Source: the human T2T-CHM13v2.0 reference genome, Homo sapiens. Taken from it: a DNA stretch of 64,000 nt. The position numbers were made by a program, and so were the translations under genes. Under the pieces are notes generated by a model. The model saw only the letters and a list, made by a program, of their open reading frames with translations, had not been told where the DNA came from and did no database searches. The stretch lies in NCBI RefSeq assembly GCF_009914755.1, contig NC_060930.1; one strand, written 5' to 3'. Positions 1 to 13,875 of the stretch are shown here, one piece after another (within the stretch, counting starts at the first letter, position 1; each line of letters starts with the position of its first letter).

Positions 1-1349
1 GTGCCATTTTATAAACTATCTCTATAAAGAGATTAATGTTAGCTTCTTGTTTTGGAAATAAGATAATGGGAGGGAAGGATAAATGAAACAGTTTTGTTGC
101 CATCTCTCATTGTGAGCCAGTTTAGAAATGAAAACAAACAAACAAAACAACTCTTAAGCCCAACAGCAACATTCATTATAATTTTCCTAATTACACTCCC
201 TTTTCTTTTTGCTAAGAAAGAACGGTTGTATTTTTGTCCTTAATAGAAAAGGGAACAGTGCCTAAACAACCTATTATAAATTCTTCTGGGAAAGCATATT
301 ACAAATAATTGAAAACAACCCTGATTCTGTGAACTTGGCAGCAAATGTATAAAAGAAAGCAATTCAGCCCTGGCCCCTGGATGATTGATTAAATGTTTTA
401 TTCTTTTTACCTTTCATTCATGCTGTGTTTGTCAAGAGGAAAGAGAAAAGGAATGTTGTGAAATGAAGTCCACTTTAGACAAATAACTTACAATAATGAT
501 CAGTGACTTCTCATCAGCTGTTTATTCATTTTTCTTGAGTTGTAATATTTCTTAATATTAGCTATCCTGCATGGACCCGACAGAAAATAAGGTCCTGAGT
601 TTTAGCTTGTCCCCAACTCCCTGCCAGCTAACCATCAACACAAGCTGTATCTGAGCTTCTTTGAGGGCATGGCCCTGCAGCTCCCTGTGGTCAGTTATTA
701 GTCTGAGTCCAGCAAAGGAACAAGAACACTGTGTGCTTGCTAAATCTACAGAAAACTTCATCTTCTGGTTGTGTGGGAGGAGAGGTCCCTTTGTGTACTC
801 TGTTTCTTTGAAGGAACTAGGGATCTGTTGGTGCTGTACAGATGTCGAGGTGCACAGAGCCAACATCCTACAAAACTAGTAAATAGATGATTAGGATCCA
901 ACTCTGTACAGAATAATGGTAGGAACCTAAACCTTGGGGTACTGTTTACTTGTATCAAAATTGTTGTTGTCCTATAAGCCATGTAAAATTAACTACAAAT
1001 CTCCTCAATGAAACACTTTCTTAGAACTTTGATATTTTTAAATGATATCTCACCATCTGTGTACATCACAATGTTGAGCTACAAATGTGGTGGCTCTAAC
1101 AAAATTTTAAGTATGAAGTCAGATGTATAGAGGATCCCTTCTCCATCACGTTCTTCTGTTTTTCATTTCCCGCTTCTCACAAACTACTCCCCAGATGTCA
1201 ATAATTCTACAATCTCCTCTTCCTACAACCTTCGTGTTGGTCCTTAGTCGTCTACTCTGATCTCAACCGCAAAAGTCAGGGGATGAGACTATAGGCCATC
1301 CCCAGAGCAACAGCCTCAGCACCTCAGCACAGATCTGGAGGGGATTTGA

Positions 1350-1670
<321 letters not shown>

Positions 1671-1964
1671 TCTGACCTTACTCTTAATTGCTTGCATGAA
1701 AATTGGATATGGATAAGAATGCAAACCCAAGAACATGTCCTGCTTTCCTTGATGCACATTCTCCTATTGATGTTCAGTGACCTTAGCATTTCCAGAAGCA
1801 CCTCTTTATTGTGGATGGAAACTTACTTATTCATGTTGTCTCAGGCTGTCCAGGTTGGTAACAGGTAACTGCTATAAAGGGTGGAGCACATCCTGCTAAA
1901 TGGAGAGATCCAGTGTCATTTACATTTTTTTTAACTCTTTCAAGGGTAATGGCAACTAACAATA

Positions 1965-2185
1965 GTTTCTCCTGTGTGCTAGATATTGTTCTAATCATTT
2001 TACATAAATTATTTCTTTTAATCCACCAAACAGCACTATAAGATAGATATTATTTTTATTTACCTTTGTTAGAGAAAACTGAGGTATAGAGAGATTAAGT
2101 AAATTGTCTAAATTCACACAGATAGTAAGTGGAGGAGCCAGAATTTGAACACAAGCAATTTGTCTCCAACAAATTTGATCTTAAA
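1965..2185. mobile_element. MIR SINE (similar MIR cores at ~13470-13590, ~22450-22640, ~22740-22950, ~44480-44640)
   Basis: gaaaactgaggtatagagagattaagtaaattgtctaa...cacagatagtaagtggaggagccagaatttgaac core; ends approximate. Confidence 0.65.
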
Positions 2186-3048
2186 CTATGGTTAACTCTC
2201 TGAACACACACACAAACACACATACGTACATGCAATCACACAAAGTATCAGGCACATGGGGATAGACAATATTAGAAAAGCATATACATACAAACATCCT
2301 TACAGTTGTACACATAGACTCAGGTTTATAAACCCACTGAAGTGAAGACTCATCATTTATGAAAATATACAATTTTGTTCTGCAAAATAATTTAATTTTT
2401 TAAAATTCCTTGTGCAATGAGAAAAGATCAGAGAGGCCTACAGTTTCCTTTTACAGAGCTAGGCCAGGGGCTGTATTTAGAGTAATTGAACACATGATTT
2501 TACTTGAATGCGGAGAAACTTGACCAACTGTGAATATGCAATTTCACTCTACAGATGAAATAAAATTAAACGGGGCAAAAGTAAAGAAGAATGGAGACTA
2601 GGTAAAGTGATGGAAAGAGACACCAAAAAATTAGTCATGTGAAAGCAAAACTAAGAGGAGAGGGAAAGGTGGCAAAAGAAGGGAACATTCAGAGAATGTT
2701 GATATATTGAGAGGTGAGAATAGGGAGTTGGTAGGCAAGTGTCAGAGTGTGGGAGGATGGTGACAGTCACTAGGAACTCCAGTTTGCATACACACAATGT
2801 TAAGAACATTAGAAATTAGCTAGCCAATGGAATGCTCAGTCTTGAAGAGCTTGTGTCTCTGCTTAAACTCCTGTATGCATTAGTATGATTCCATAAATTT
2901 AAAGTCTCTGACATCTTGAGTTTTAAGCTTTCTGAACATTAAATCAGTGGAGGCTGCTAGTAGCTATCCTGAAATGCTGCTTCTATACATATGAGTAAAA
3001 ATCCAAATTAATGTATTTATACAGCTTTTCATTTGTGTACTCGTAAAA

Positions 3049-3100
3049 TACACACACACACAGAGACAATTCAACACACACACACACACGCGCACACACA
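3049..3100. repeat. Interrupted (CA)n microsatellite
   Basis: Direct reading. Confidence 0.85.
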
Positions 3101-3689
3101 ATTCAACTTTTCTCTGAAGAACCTTTGAGTCAGAGAATGAGAATGAAGGAGACTGAATTTCTCTTTTAAGTTCCTGTCTAGGTTTTGTTCCAATCTAATG
3201 ACACAGGATCTGGCACTGTATTTAGACCTCCTGCTCCAAGATTTTATTTTTATTTTAAACAAGTGTTCCCACACGGGGACTGAAAACAAAACAGGAAAAT
3301 GTTGCTTAAGTTTTCCTTTGAGCTGCTGTTATCTGACTTTCAAGTGTACTGATTGTTCCGTCTCACCAATGTAGGTCATTGTACTCTCAGTTACTTTGTT
3401 TTCTATCGGAACTTTCTCTAGCAGCTCTCCACATTAAGGGAGATCATGTTATTTCACATATTTATTTTTGTTATTAACATATTTTCTTCATCTCCCTATA
3501 ATTTGAGGTTTTAGCACTTTCTTCTTTGTAGAATTTACCATAAAGCATACGTATTTTTGAAAACTAGGGAATAGCTTTTACTTACTAAAGTACTTAAGTA
3601 CTAAACCTATCATAACCAATTTCATTTATTAAGATGTTAGTAAGACTTTAGGAGTTGTTGGTTCTTTTCCGGAGAATAATGCTTTAGCC

Positions 3690-4021
3690 CAGCAGTCCCC
3701 AACCTTTTTGGTACCAGGGATTGGTTTTGTGGAAGACAGTTTTTCCATGGAATTGACAGGGGGGATGGGGAGTGGGGATGGGTTTCCAGATGAAACTGTT
3801 TTACCTCATATCATCAAGCATTAGTTAGAGTCTCATAAGGAGCCTGCAAGCTAGGTCCCTCACATGCACAGTTTACAATAGGGCTTGTGCTCCTTTGAGA
3901 ACCTAATGCCACAGCTGCTGATCTGACAGGAGGTGGAGCTCAGACACCTCCTTCTGTGCAGCCTGGTTCCTAACAGGCCACAGATAGTACTGGTCCATGG
4001 CCCAGCAGTTGGGGACCCCTG
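3690..4021. mobile_element. hAT-Charlie non-autonomous DNA transposon (MER1B-like)
   Basis: Terminal inverted repeats cagcagtccccaac / gttggggacccctg; perfect 8-bp TSD ctttagcc (3682-3689 and 4022-4029). Confidence 0.85.
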
Positions 4022-6613
4022 CTTTAGCCCTCAACTCTTAGGCATGTTTCAGTTCTGATTTTGGTCAGCATAGAGCTTTCCTTCTATTTACCAGGAGGGT
4101 CTCTACTGATATGGATCAATGGCAGGAGGTGATATTGGGTCTGGAACTATCCTTTGGCTTAGTGACATTTGTACTCTAATCTGCCTCACTCCTGCCCCTT
4201 CTCAGGGGACCTGGGCACCGTCGGATCCCATGACAGGTCCTACATGGTGACCTAGGGCACGGTAAAAAGTCTACCCCAGGAAGCCTAGAATGGATAGAAT
4301 ACAAATTCATCCAACACAAATTCATGAAGAAAAGCCAAGATCTGCAGAAAATCAAACAGTAAAGACTATTCCAGAAGAGCAACAGGAGGACGATAAAGAG
4401 GAGATGGAGTTAAAATACTGGGTCTGTCATAGACAGGATTGGAATGGAATCCCAAATCAGATGATAGAATGAAGGGAAGGTACATGGAATAGACTCTCAC
4501 TAGTGGTGAGCTTTCGGTCACTACAAGTCTTCAAAAGGGGCCTAGATGACCAGTTCTTTTTCATCCAACAAATGCTTATTGAACCCTTCCTCTGTGGGTA
4601 GTGATGGGCACATTCAGTGAATTCAGACTGGAATCGAACACATTGTAACCATTAAATGAGTTAATCTTATATGAGTTCATACATACAGATCACATGCAAG
4701 AGTGTCTCATATCCAGTAAGTTTGCAAGAATAACTACTATTGTTTTTGTGTACAAGATCTTGTGTATTGTAATTTCTGAAATAGCAATGAGGTTGGAATA
4801 CATGACTAATGATTTTATCCTCTTATGATATCTCTGGTTGGGGCACACCCAAAACAAAATTTGGAGCAATGCAAATGTTCGAGGAGAGTGAGAGAACTTC
4901 CTTCTGGTGTTTTTCTCTAATGACTTGCTCTGAAGCTACTCCTCTTAGATTCTTTCCTAGCTGTGTATTCCTATATAGTCTTAGCTTAACAGCACAAAGA
5001 TTTAACAGTGGTGTCTGCATTTGATAAAATGTAAATGAGAAGCTCCCAAAAGAGATTGAGAAGCTCTATTTTGACAACTCTTCTTTTATCTGTGTAATTA
5101 TTATATACTTTAACTGAAGAAAGAAAAACACAAAGATAAATACAATATTTCAACTTCGAGTACTTTTTAAAAATTATTTGAAAGCATTTAAAAATAGATG
5201 TAAAATGAACTCCTGTATGTCAAATTCCTTTCAGAGAAAAAAAAAAGTGAGAGGGAAGGGGGAAATTTGCATTTAGTAATTTTTTTTGTTTTTTTGAAAA
5301 TTTCAGGCACTTAGTAATCACTGTTCCTTTTGTACGTCATGCCCAATGGGAACGATACCAGGATCTTTCACTCAATTCTGTGGATTACAGGTCACCCACC
5401 TGGGCATGTTTCAGATGAAACTAACCTAAGCTCATCTTGAGTAAGGGGCTTAGAAGTAAATGCTTTGTTGGTTGCTTTGAGTTGTACAAAGCAGGACGAC
5501 CACCAGAGGCTTTCTAAGAAAAAGAATCATAGAGACTTTGATAAAATTGGAACTCCTAAAGCAGCTAAGGCTTTGCTTCTATTTTTGATCATTTTTAAAA
5601 AGTTAGTTCTTCTGGTGTTTGGTAGTTCCATAGTAGTTAGAAAGCACTGCCACATGAAATCTGCTATTGGTAGAAAAAGAAAATGTTACAGCCAACTCTG
5701 ATACAACATGAGAGAGAGACAGAGAGAGAGAGAGAAGGGAGAGAAGAGACATGTTCTTCTTTGACCAGCAGGAAAAAAAAAAAAGCTGCACAAACCTTTT
5801 AACTAGTTTCACTAGCAGAAAAGAAAAATAAAAATATAAAATAGCAAATAATCTTTAAAGAAAACTGATTTTCTTATTATGCTGAAATTTATTAAAGACT
5901 GTTGTGTTGACTGAAGAATATGTTTAAATATTTTGTGGAAGGCAAAGCTTTCATTCAGGAATGACAAGTGCAAGGACTGTAATTCTAAAGAAATTAAAGA
6001 AAAGAAGAATGGCAATTTAAGTTCAGGGACAATTGGAATCAAGCAGTAATGATTTACAGCTTTTTAAAATTTTCAGGCACTTAGTGGTCAGTGTTCCTTT
6101 TATGCGTTATGACCAGTGGGAAGGATACCAGGATCTTCCATTCAGTTATTATGGGTTACAGGTCACCCATCCGTGACCTGTGGTCACAGTGTTAGGTATC
6201 GAAAGCATAATACCTTCTTATCTAAGAAGGAAAGACCTGTTAAGTCTAAGCTTAGGGGTAGAGTTGTCAACGATACAGTCATATTTGTTGAACAGTTCAA
6301 GTTGCCATTTCTTGTATTCTTGGAAGAGGTAAGTTAAAGAAGGTTGTGCACAGTTCTTGACATTTTATTATTACAGCACTACCTTTCAAGCCACTCAGTA
6401 GTCATCGGACATGTAAGAGTGGTTGTTCTATTTGGTCGTGTAAATTTCTAGTGACAGTAGGAAAAAAAAAAAAGACCTTTATTAAAGACCTTCCAAACTA
6501 ATTCAGTGCCCTACATGCTGCATGAAAATGAGGACTTTCCAGTTCTGAGTAGAAGGAATATTAAGGCACCTGAAGGGACAAATCCATTTATAAAATTATT
6601 TTTCTTTTTGTGA

Positions 6614-6672
6614 TAAAAATATAAATGGCTCTGCTAGTATACTAAAAAATATAAATGGCTCTACTAGTATAT
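6614..6672. repeat. 30-bp tandem duplication
   Basis: aaaaatataaatggctct(g/a)ctagtata x2. Confidence 0.9.
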
Positions 6673-8489
6673 TTAATAATCCTTCATTGATTTACCTAAA
6701 CGTATGAAGATACCCATATAATATTTTTAAAAATAAGTTATTGTAGCTCTAAAATAATTTATTAGACTAGAATAAATAAATTTATACTAGAATTTATGAT
6801 GAACAGTCAATAAATGGAATTAAAAATATAGGTAAAATACAGTTAAAATATATACAAATTTTAAGTGATACATGCAATGCACAAATTGTAAATGTTTGAT
6901 TGAGGAAAGAGCTAATTCATTGGAAGCTCTAGTCCAGTCTATAGTATTTGGGGACTGCTATTGATATGTTCATTCAACAAATAATTACTGATAATATAGT
7001 ATGTACTGAAATCATTATGCTAAACACTGAGGGTTTACAATAAATAAGAAAATGTATAACCTCATTGAACTTAAATCTAGTAGCAGACACAAGCAAGTAA
7101 ATTGGCAATAAAAATAGGGGGAGTCAAGGGAGTTTGGATAAATTATAGAAGAAGCTCCTAGACAGTCCATGGAGGTATTTGTGGGAGGATGGAATTGGCA
7201 ACACAGCTGAGATTTTAAAGATATATAAAGTACATCTGTGTAAATGGCAAGCAGTGAGAACACAGAAAAGGTGTTTGAGGAAAGGGCCTAAAGATAAGAT
7301 AGACCATGACACAGAAAGGAAAGTAAAAATGATTCAGTGACCATCTAGTAGATATCCAATACATATATTTGAGTGAATGAGTGATAGACTGACTATATGA
7401 ATGGGAAATATTGAAATATAAAGAGGAAGGCCAGAGATAAAGCTCTGAAAGGTAAGCATATATTTTAAGACTTCAGAGTACCTAATTTTCTGAATATGCA
7501 AATGAGCAGTATTAGAATTAATAAAAATAACCCTAAAAATGAGAACTCTTGGTTGGAGAAAATAACAAAATATGAAGTAAAGGAAAATTGACAGAATACT
7601 TCAAAAACTGTGCCTGATATAATTGGAAATAATGCCTGGAAACAGATTGAGTCCATAATCCTGTATGTGTTCATTAAGGCCAGGAAGATTCTTGGTAAGG
7701 AAATGTCTAGTCTGAAAGGTCTAAAGATTTTATTAATCTGTATAATAAATTATATCTTATGAAACTCTTGTCATTTATCCAGTATATTTGAATTACCCGT
7801 GCATTACTGTTTCATATATTCATGGTACTTTCATATTTTATAACATTTAAAAATATTTCAATATTCCATTGATTTGAATAAGATTCTTTAAATTACAGTG
7901 AAAGCTTTCTGATAAGGTATGGTAAGATTATTTTTCAGTAATTATGCTGATACATATAATAAAGCTACTGACAATTCATAAAGATGATAATACACTTAGT
8001 ACAAACTGAGCTTCAATGGGATTACTAAATGAGTATGTGAGGACAGAGCAGAGGAAAAGGCCAAGGGTTGAGCACTGTGGTGCTCTATTATGAGAAAGTT
8101 AGGAAGGATTAAAGTTGGCACTGAAGGGGATTGAGAAGGAGTAGCTGAAGCGGTAGAAGGAAAACAAGAACAGTGTGTCCTGGAAGTCAGTGGAGTAATC
8201 ACTTGTCTCAAATGCTGCTAATAGGTCAAATATGGTGAGAACTGAGAACTGGACATTTCATTTAGTAATGTGAAGGACGTTGGTGACTTTCCCAAGAGCA
8301 GTTTCAGTGGAATGGAGGAAGACCAATGGAATAATAGGAGCATTGTGGAGGAATAAACCAAAATGTACCTATTTACCATCCAGAGCCAGACTCAGAGCCT
8401 TTACTCTGTGCTAGAAACACAATGACCAATTGTTGCATTGTTCCCTTTCCTTGAGCTTTCTACAGCTCACCTCGCTTCTTCAAACATGT

Positions 8490-8842
8490 ACAATCAGACC
8501 TCTGAATCTGTGGATTCCACATCCATGGATTCAACTGACTGCAGAAGAAAAATGTTAGAAAAAAATCTGCATCTGTACCGAACATGTGCAGACTTTTTTC
8601 TTGTCATTATTCCCTAAATAATATGGTATAACAACTATTTACATAGCCTTTACATTGTATTGGGTATTTAAAGTAATGTAGATGTGATTTAAATAATTTT
8701 GAAATATGTGTATAGGTTATATGCACATACTATGCCATTTCATTTCAAGGACTTGAGCATCCTCAGATTTTGATATCCACAGGAGGTCCTGGAACCAATC
8801 CCCACAAATCCCCTGAAACTATAACTGATGAGGGGTGATGGT
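8490..8842 (-). mobile_element. Tigger-derived MER2-like element
   Basis: Similar along its length to 18889-19216 and to the remembered MER2 consensus; ends approximate. Confidence 0.7.
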
Positions 8843-11398
8843 ACTTCTTTTTTTACACAGTCAAAATAAAAGAGATTAGGCTTGTTTTTGTTATTTCTCC
8901 CCAAATAATGCCATATTGAGCATGACTGGATTTAAGAGGTCCCCAGATGTCTCAGCCACTCATTTACATAAAAATTCTTTGTCCATATCTGTACATCCTT
9001 AATCTCAAGCTACACATATGGATTTACTGTTCTGTCTCCTGGTGTCAGCTTACTTTCAATTTGTTTTACCTGTTTCATTGGCACACTTGTAGAGATTGAT
9101 AATACAAAAATGTTTTAGGAGAGAGCATACCACACATCAAGTTGTCAACTTCATCCACTTCTGCTACTTATTTCAAAGTTTCTGATACTTATTCATGATC
9201 TTTCAGTAGCCTTCATTCTCCCATCCATCCATTCACTCAAGAAACTTGTATTGTTAGGGAATGTATTAGAATTATAGCTCTTCAAGCTTTCCAAAACAAA
9301 TGTAGCAACATAAATAGACAAGCATAATAATGGAAAATCGTCTATACGAGAAATCTAATTATTTTAGGCACAAATCATTTTTTAAAATGTATTCTAAAAT
9401 AAAAATGCCATTGAGGCACAGAGGTCTTACTAATCTGTAAAGCAAACATGATTTATATAGTATGCTTACATTAGTAAATCAGGATTATTTGGGTGAACAG
9501 AGTATAATATTGATATAGTTATTTGGTTATAAAAAGAGATGTTTCTGATAAGGTTTCCCCCCCTTTATTTGCCTTGGAAAACAAATTTCAAAGAAGAGTG
9601 TCATTTTAAACTCTAAAAAACCAGTTGATAACCATAGTCTGATATTTGCAGTTGGAATGAATTCCTGTGACAGCATGAACATACACCCACCAACATGTCT
9701 GTAATAGAAACCACTTTGGAAGACACTAGAGGCTGCCACAGATTTCTCAGGTCCTCACAGCAAGACAGTGGTGGTCTTGGGGATGGATACATTTCATCTT
9801 CCTTGAAGACAGATACCACCCTCTGGCTGTCACCCCATAGGAAATCAGGAAGTATGCTAAGCTATCCAGTGGACTTGGAATTACACTGTGCTGTGCTAGT
9901 GGAAATATCCTATCCAACATTATGATTTATTTTGAAGGAGAAAGGAAAAAAAAATACACACAAAACGGTGGAAGGAAGCTGCACACAACATCGCCAAACA
10001 GCTGGCTTGTTTTATATCCCAGAAACAGCTTGGGACTAACTATATTCACAAGATCTCTTGGCAGAGTAGCTTGATGAAAATACCAAAGCTGTGAGAAGTG
10101 TTCTTTTGCTGAATCCTTCATGTAGCTATCACACGGTTTATTAACCTAAATGAGAATATGTACACCTTTTTTCCAAAAAGGTCCTTTGTATGTTTAAGTG
10201 AGAAACTTACTGATTCTTCATACGGCACAAACATGATTCACCACAGCATTCACACCAAATAAACTCTAATAATGTTCAGAAACTATAATCCTAGACATGT
10301 AGCGATTTCCTCCTTTCTTTCAAGTAGTATTTTTGGGGACAGTCAAGAGAGAATTTGATAGAAATGTAAGCCTGAGTTCAATGGCACTGGTGACTTTTTT
10401 AGGTGCCAAGGTTAATCTCAGAGGGAAATTAGTTTTAATGGCTTCATCCATATATTTATCCATTCTTTTAACATTTAACTCTAACCTCCTTAAGCCAAAA
10501 ATATAACTCAATTCTAAACACATTTCTGGCTCACCTGCTAGGTGCCAGAAATGCGGATCTTGAGGAATATACAAGATCTGCTTCACTCTTTTAGAATCCC
10601 TGCATTAGAGAGGATTCAGTATTTTCAGATTCATATTTTAGAAGACATTGCATTCTATTCCTTACTAAGCATCCCAGGTAGATTCAATTAGGTGGAACAT
10701 ATTCATATTTTTATCATGAGGCATTTTGAGTCTATTCTTTGTGACACCAGAATTAGTTTCTCATCTCAGAGTTTGCTGTATTTGTCTGGTGACTCAAGTA
10801 GTTTATTGGCAGTCAGTTTGTAAAAGGCTCCCTGGGATTATCTAAATGCAGGACGTTAGGAATGGAAATATGTATCATTGCCTCTCCTGTCAAAAAATGT
10901 AATTAACACACATGATATATCATCTTACAAAGTGGATGAAAATTCCAGTGGGTGACCTTGAGTCACAGCTCCTCAGTGCACACACTGTCCTGTACCCAAG
11001 CATCTCCCAGATAGCACAGAACTCCCACTTCCTGCATCCCTGTACCTTTAGCACTGTGTGCATGTTTGTGTGTGTATGTGTGTGTGAGTGTGAGTGTGTA
11101 TGTGTATTTTCAGTTCAAAATCTACCACTCAATTTCACTTTCTTTAACAATTTTGGTTTGGTTCAATTTGTTGCATAGGTAATAATAATCCATTTACAGA
11201 ATACAAAAATAGTGTAAGTATGTGCTTCTTCCTATCTGTATGTTGAGAGATTCCTCATTCTTTTTTATGGTTGCAGATAATTCATTATGCAGATATACAA
11301 TTTATTTAACCAGTCCCATATTGATGGATATTAGGTTATTTCCAGTCCTTTGATGTGACCAAAAAAGATTATAATAAAAAATGCTGAAAGAATAATAT

Positions 11399-11768
11399 TG
11401 TCTTTGTCAGTTTGGGCGGCCATAAGAAAGTTCCATAGACTAGGTGGGTTGTAAACAAGAGAAATTTATTTCCCCACAGTACTGGAGGCTGAAAATCTGA
11501 GATCAGGGTGTCCGCATGGTTATGCTTTGGTGAGGACTGTTTCGGGGCTTGCAGACTGCTGACTTCTTGTAGCCTCACATGGTTGAAAGAGAGCTAGCTA
11601 GCTCTCTGGCCTCTTTTTATTAGGTCACTAATCTCATTCAGGAGGGCTCCACCCTCAGGATCTAATTACCTACCAAACGCCTTGCCCCCAAATATCATCA
11701 CATTTGGGATTAGGGTTTCAACATATGAATTTTAGTAGGGGGGAGGCAAACATTCAGTCCATTAGCCA
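11399..11768 (-). mobile_element. MaLR solo LTR (MLT1-like) inside an old L1 fragment
   Basis: Typical MLT1 motifs (aaatttatttccccacagtactggaggctg...aacattcagtccat); ends approximate. Confidence 0.7.
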
Positions 11769-13106
11769 TATTCAGTTCACCTGTAATATAGTATCTGTAT
11801 TATTTTATGTCTGTAGAATAATTCCTAGAAGTGGAATTGCTAGCTCAGAATTACTGTGTGTTTCTAATTTTGATAGTTACTGCTCAATTGACTTTCTTGA
11901 AATTTGTATCATTTTACAGTTATACCTGTAAATGTAAGAGGTATGTATCTACTCTCTTAGTCTAACCATCAGAGAGTATTACCAATATTTGTGGGGTTTG
12001 CCAACCTGAAAAAATGGGAAGTTTATCAGTGTGTTTTTAATTAACATTTATCCTATTATGAGGGAGGATCAGTATCTTATAAACTTTTAACAGTCATTTT
12101 AATTTTCTTTTCTTTGAATAGGGCCCTCATATATTTGTGCATTTTGTTATGGTGTTGGTGCATTTCTTTATTGATTTACAAGAGTTCTTTGAGTATTAGG
12201 AACATCCTTCCTTTATCCGTGCCAACAGTACCTTTTATTTTGTCACACAGTTTATTCTTCATCAGAATTCTTTGCTCTTGAGAAGTCCCTGTGAGAGCCT
12301 GCCAGCCTTCTACACCTTTGGAGGGCAGTTTGTTGGCAATTTCTCAATTTTTCTTTCACATAGAAAATGATCTGACTGAATTTTATTTCTCTTGATGTCA
12401 ACTGTGCTGAATTATTGTCTTAAAAAATTCACCATTCCATTCAGGTTTAACATATTTTTTAGAGTGTGATTTTCATAGGGTATGTTACATTCTTGATGAA
12501 TTTTTATCTTCTTGACCTATTAATTACTAAAAAAAAAAATACAGATAACGACAACCTAAAACAACCTATTGAAATATCTCACTGTGATGATAGATTTGTC
12601 TAGTTTTCCTTGTAATTTTTGTTCTCCATATTTTAAGGCTATATAATGTGATGTTTTCAAGTACAGAATTATTTTAAGTTCCTAATGGGTTCCTTTTTTA
12701 ATCTGATATTTTATAACTTTTTCCCCAAGTTTTCTGGTTTCCCACCATACCCCAGATTCTTAAGTAATTTAGGGCACAATAATTTTCAGAGAAAGAATGA
12801 TTAAGAATTTATGGAAATCTTAGGAAGGTCGAATTGACGCAGTGCCTTGGAAGAGAGAAATATAGGTAGTTGAAGTATAAGGAGAAATGCCTATGATATA
12901 AACAAACAAATTGCATGTACATGTATTAAGAAGACTATAACATATATCAGTTACTTCACTAGATGCCAGTGCATAGGCATGTACCTGAATCTGCGTAACT
13001 AATTGGGAGAATGGGAAGTTAACTTTATTTTTCCAAGAAAAAGAAACAAAATCAATATTTAAATTTTGGAAAACATAATTGTTAAATTATTTTTCATATT
13101 GTGTAG

Positions 13107-13286
13107 ATTCACATCTCTTTAATCAATGGGAGACCAAGTGCCGATGATCCTTCTCCAGAACTGCTAGAATTTACCTCCGCTCGCTATATTCGCCTGAGAT
13201 TTCAGAGGATCCGCACACTGAATGCTGACTTGATGATGTTTGCTCACAAAGACCCAAGAGAAATTGACCCCATTGTCACCAGAAGA
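13107..13286 (+). CDS. LAMA2: Laminin alpha-2 coding exon (probably exon 5), LN domain; IHISLINGRPSADDPSPELLEFTSARYIRLRFQRIRTLNADLMMFAHKDPREIDPIVTRR
   Basis: gtgtag|ATTCAC...AGAAGA|gtaagt; 180 bp, phase 0-0, open frame; translation is typical of a laminin alpha LN domain. Confidence 0.96.
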
Positions 13287-13734
13287 GTAAGTTATGATGA
13301 ATCATATTAGAGCCTACAAATGATATCCCACTTATCTTTTTGTCTGTTAAATACTTTAAAAATGTTTTCAGTGATTTGTAGGAGTGGTTATTATCAAATT
13401 TTTATTTTAGAATTGTAGATTATTATTATTATTATTATTTGAAATTTGACAGACTTTCCTTTGTTCAGATCCAAGCTGTGCCGCTTATTACATGTGTAAC
13501 ATTTATCAAACATTTTAGCCTTCTCAAACTTTAATTTCTTCTTTTGTAAAATGAGAATCACAATGTCTACTTAATAATCTTATTTTTCAGAATAAAATTA
13601 GCCTTTGTCACCTTAGGGGATCTATACTACTATTATAATTGGCTTTGGCGAGTTACTACTGGAAGTGCAGGGGCTTTGAAACATTTTTTTGCCACCACTG
13701 AGCCAGTATACACACATGCACACATACAGAGAGC

Positions 13735-13875
13735 AGTATGTCTTAAACCTTAATGTGTATGGGATTAGCCAGTGATCTTGTGGAAATATAGGTTATGATT
13801 CAGTAGGGCAGAGCTGAGACGCTGCACTTCAAAAACTTTCCAGGTGATGCTGATGTTGCCGGTTTGTGGGCCATC
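13735..13875. mobile_element. MER5-like hAT fragment
   Basis: gattcagtaggg...ccaggtgatgctgatgttgccggt motif; ends approximate. Confidence 0.5.

Noticed and set aside
4176-4472. Purine-rich 60-aa acidic ORF (MDRIQIHPTQ...) and the opposite 68-aa ORF
   Set aside because: No recognisable homology, poly(A)/TSD or convincing splice context; the length is expected by chance.
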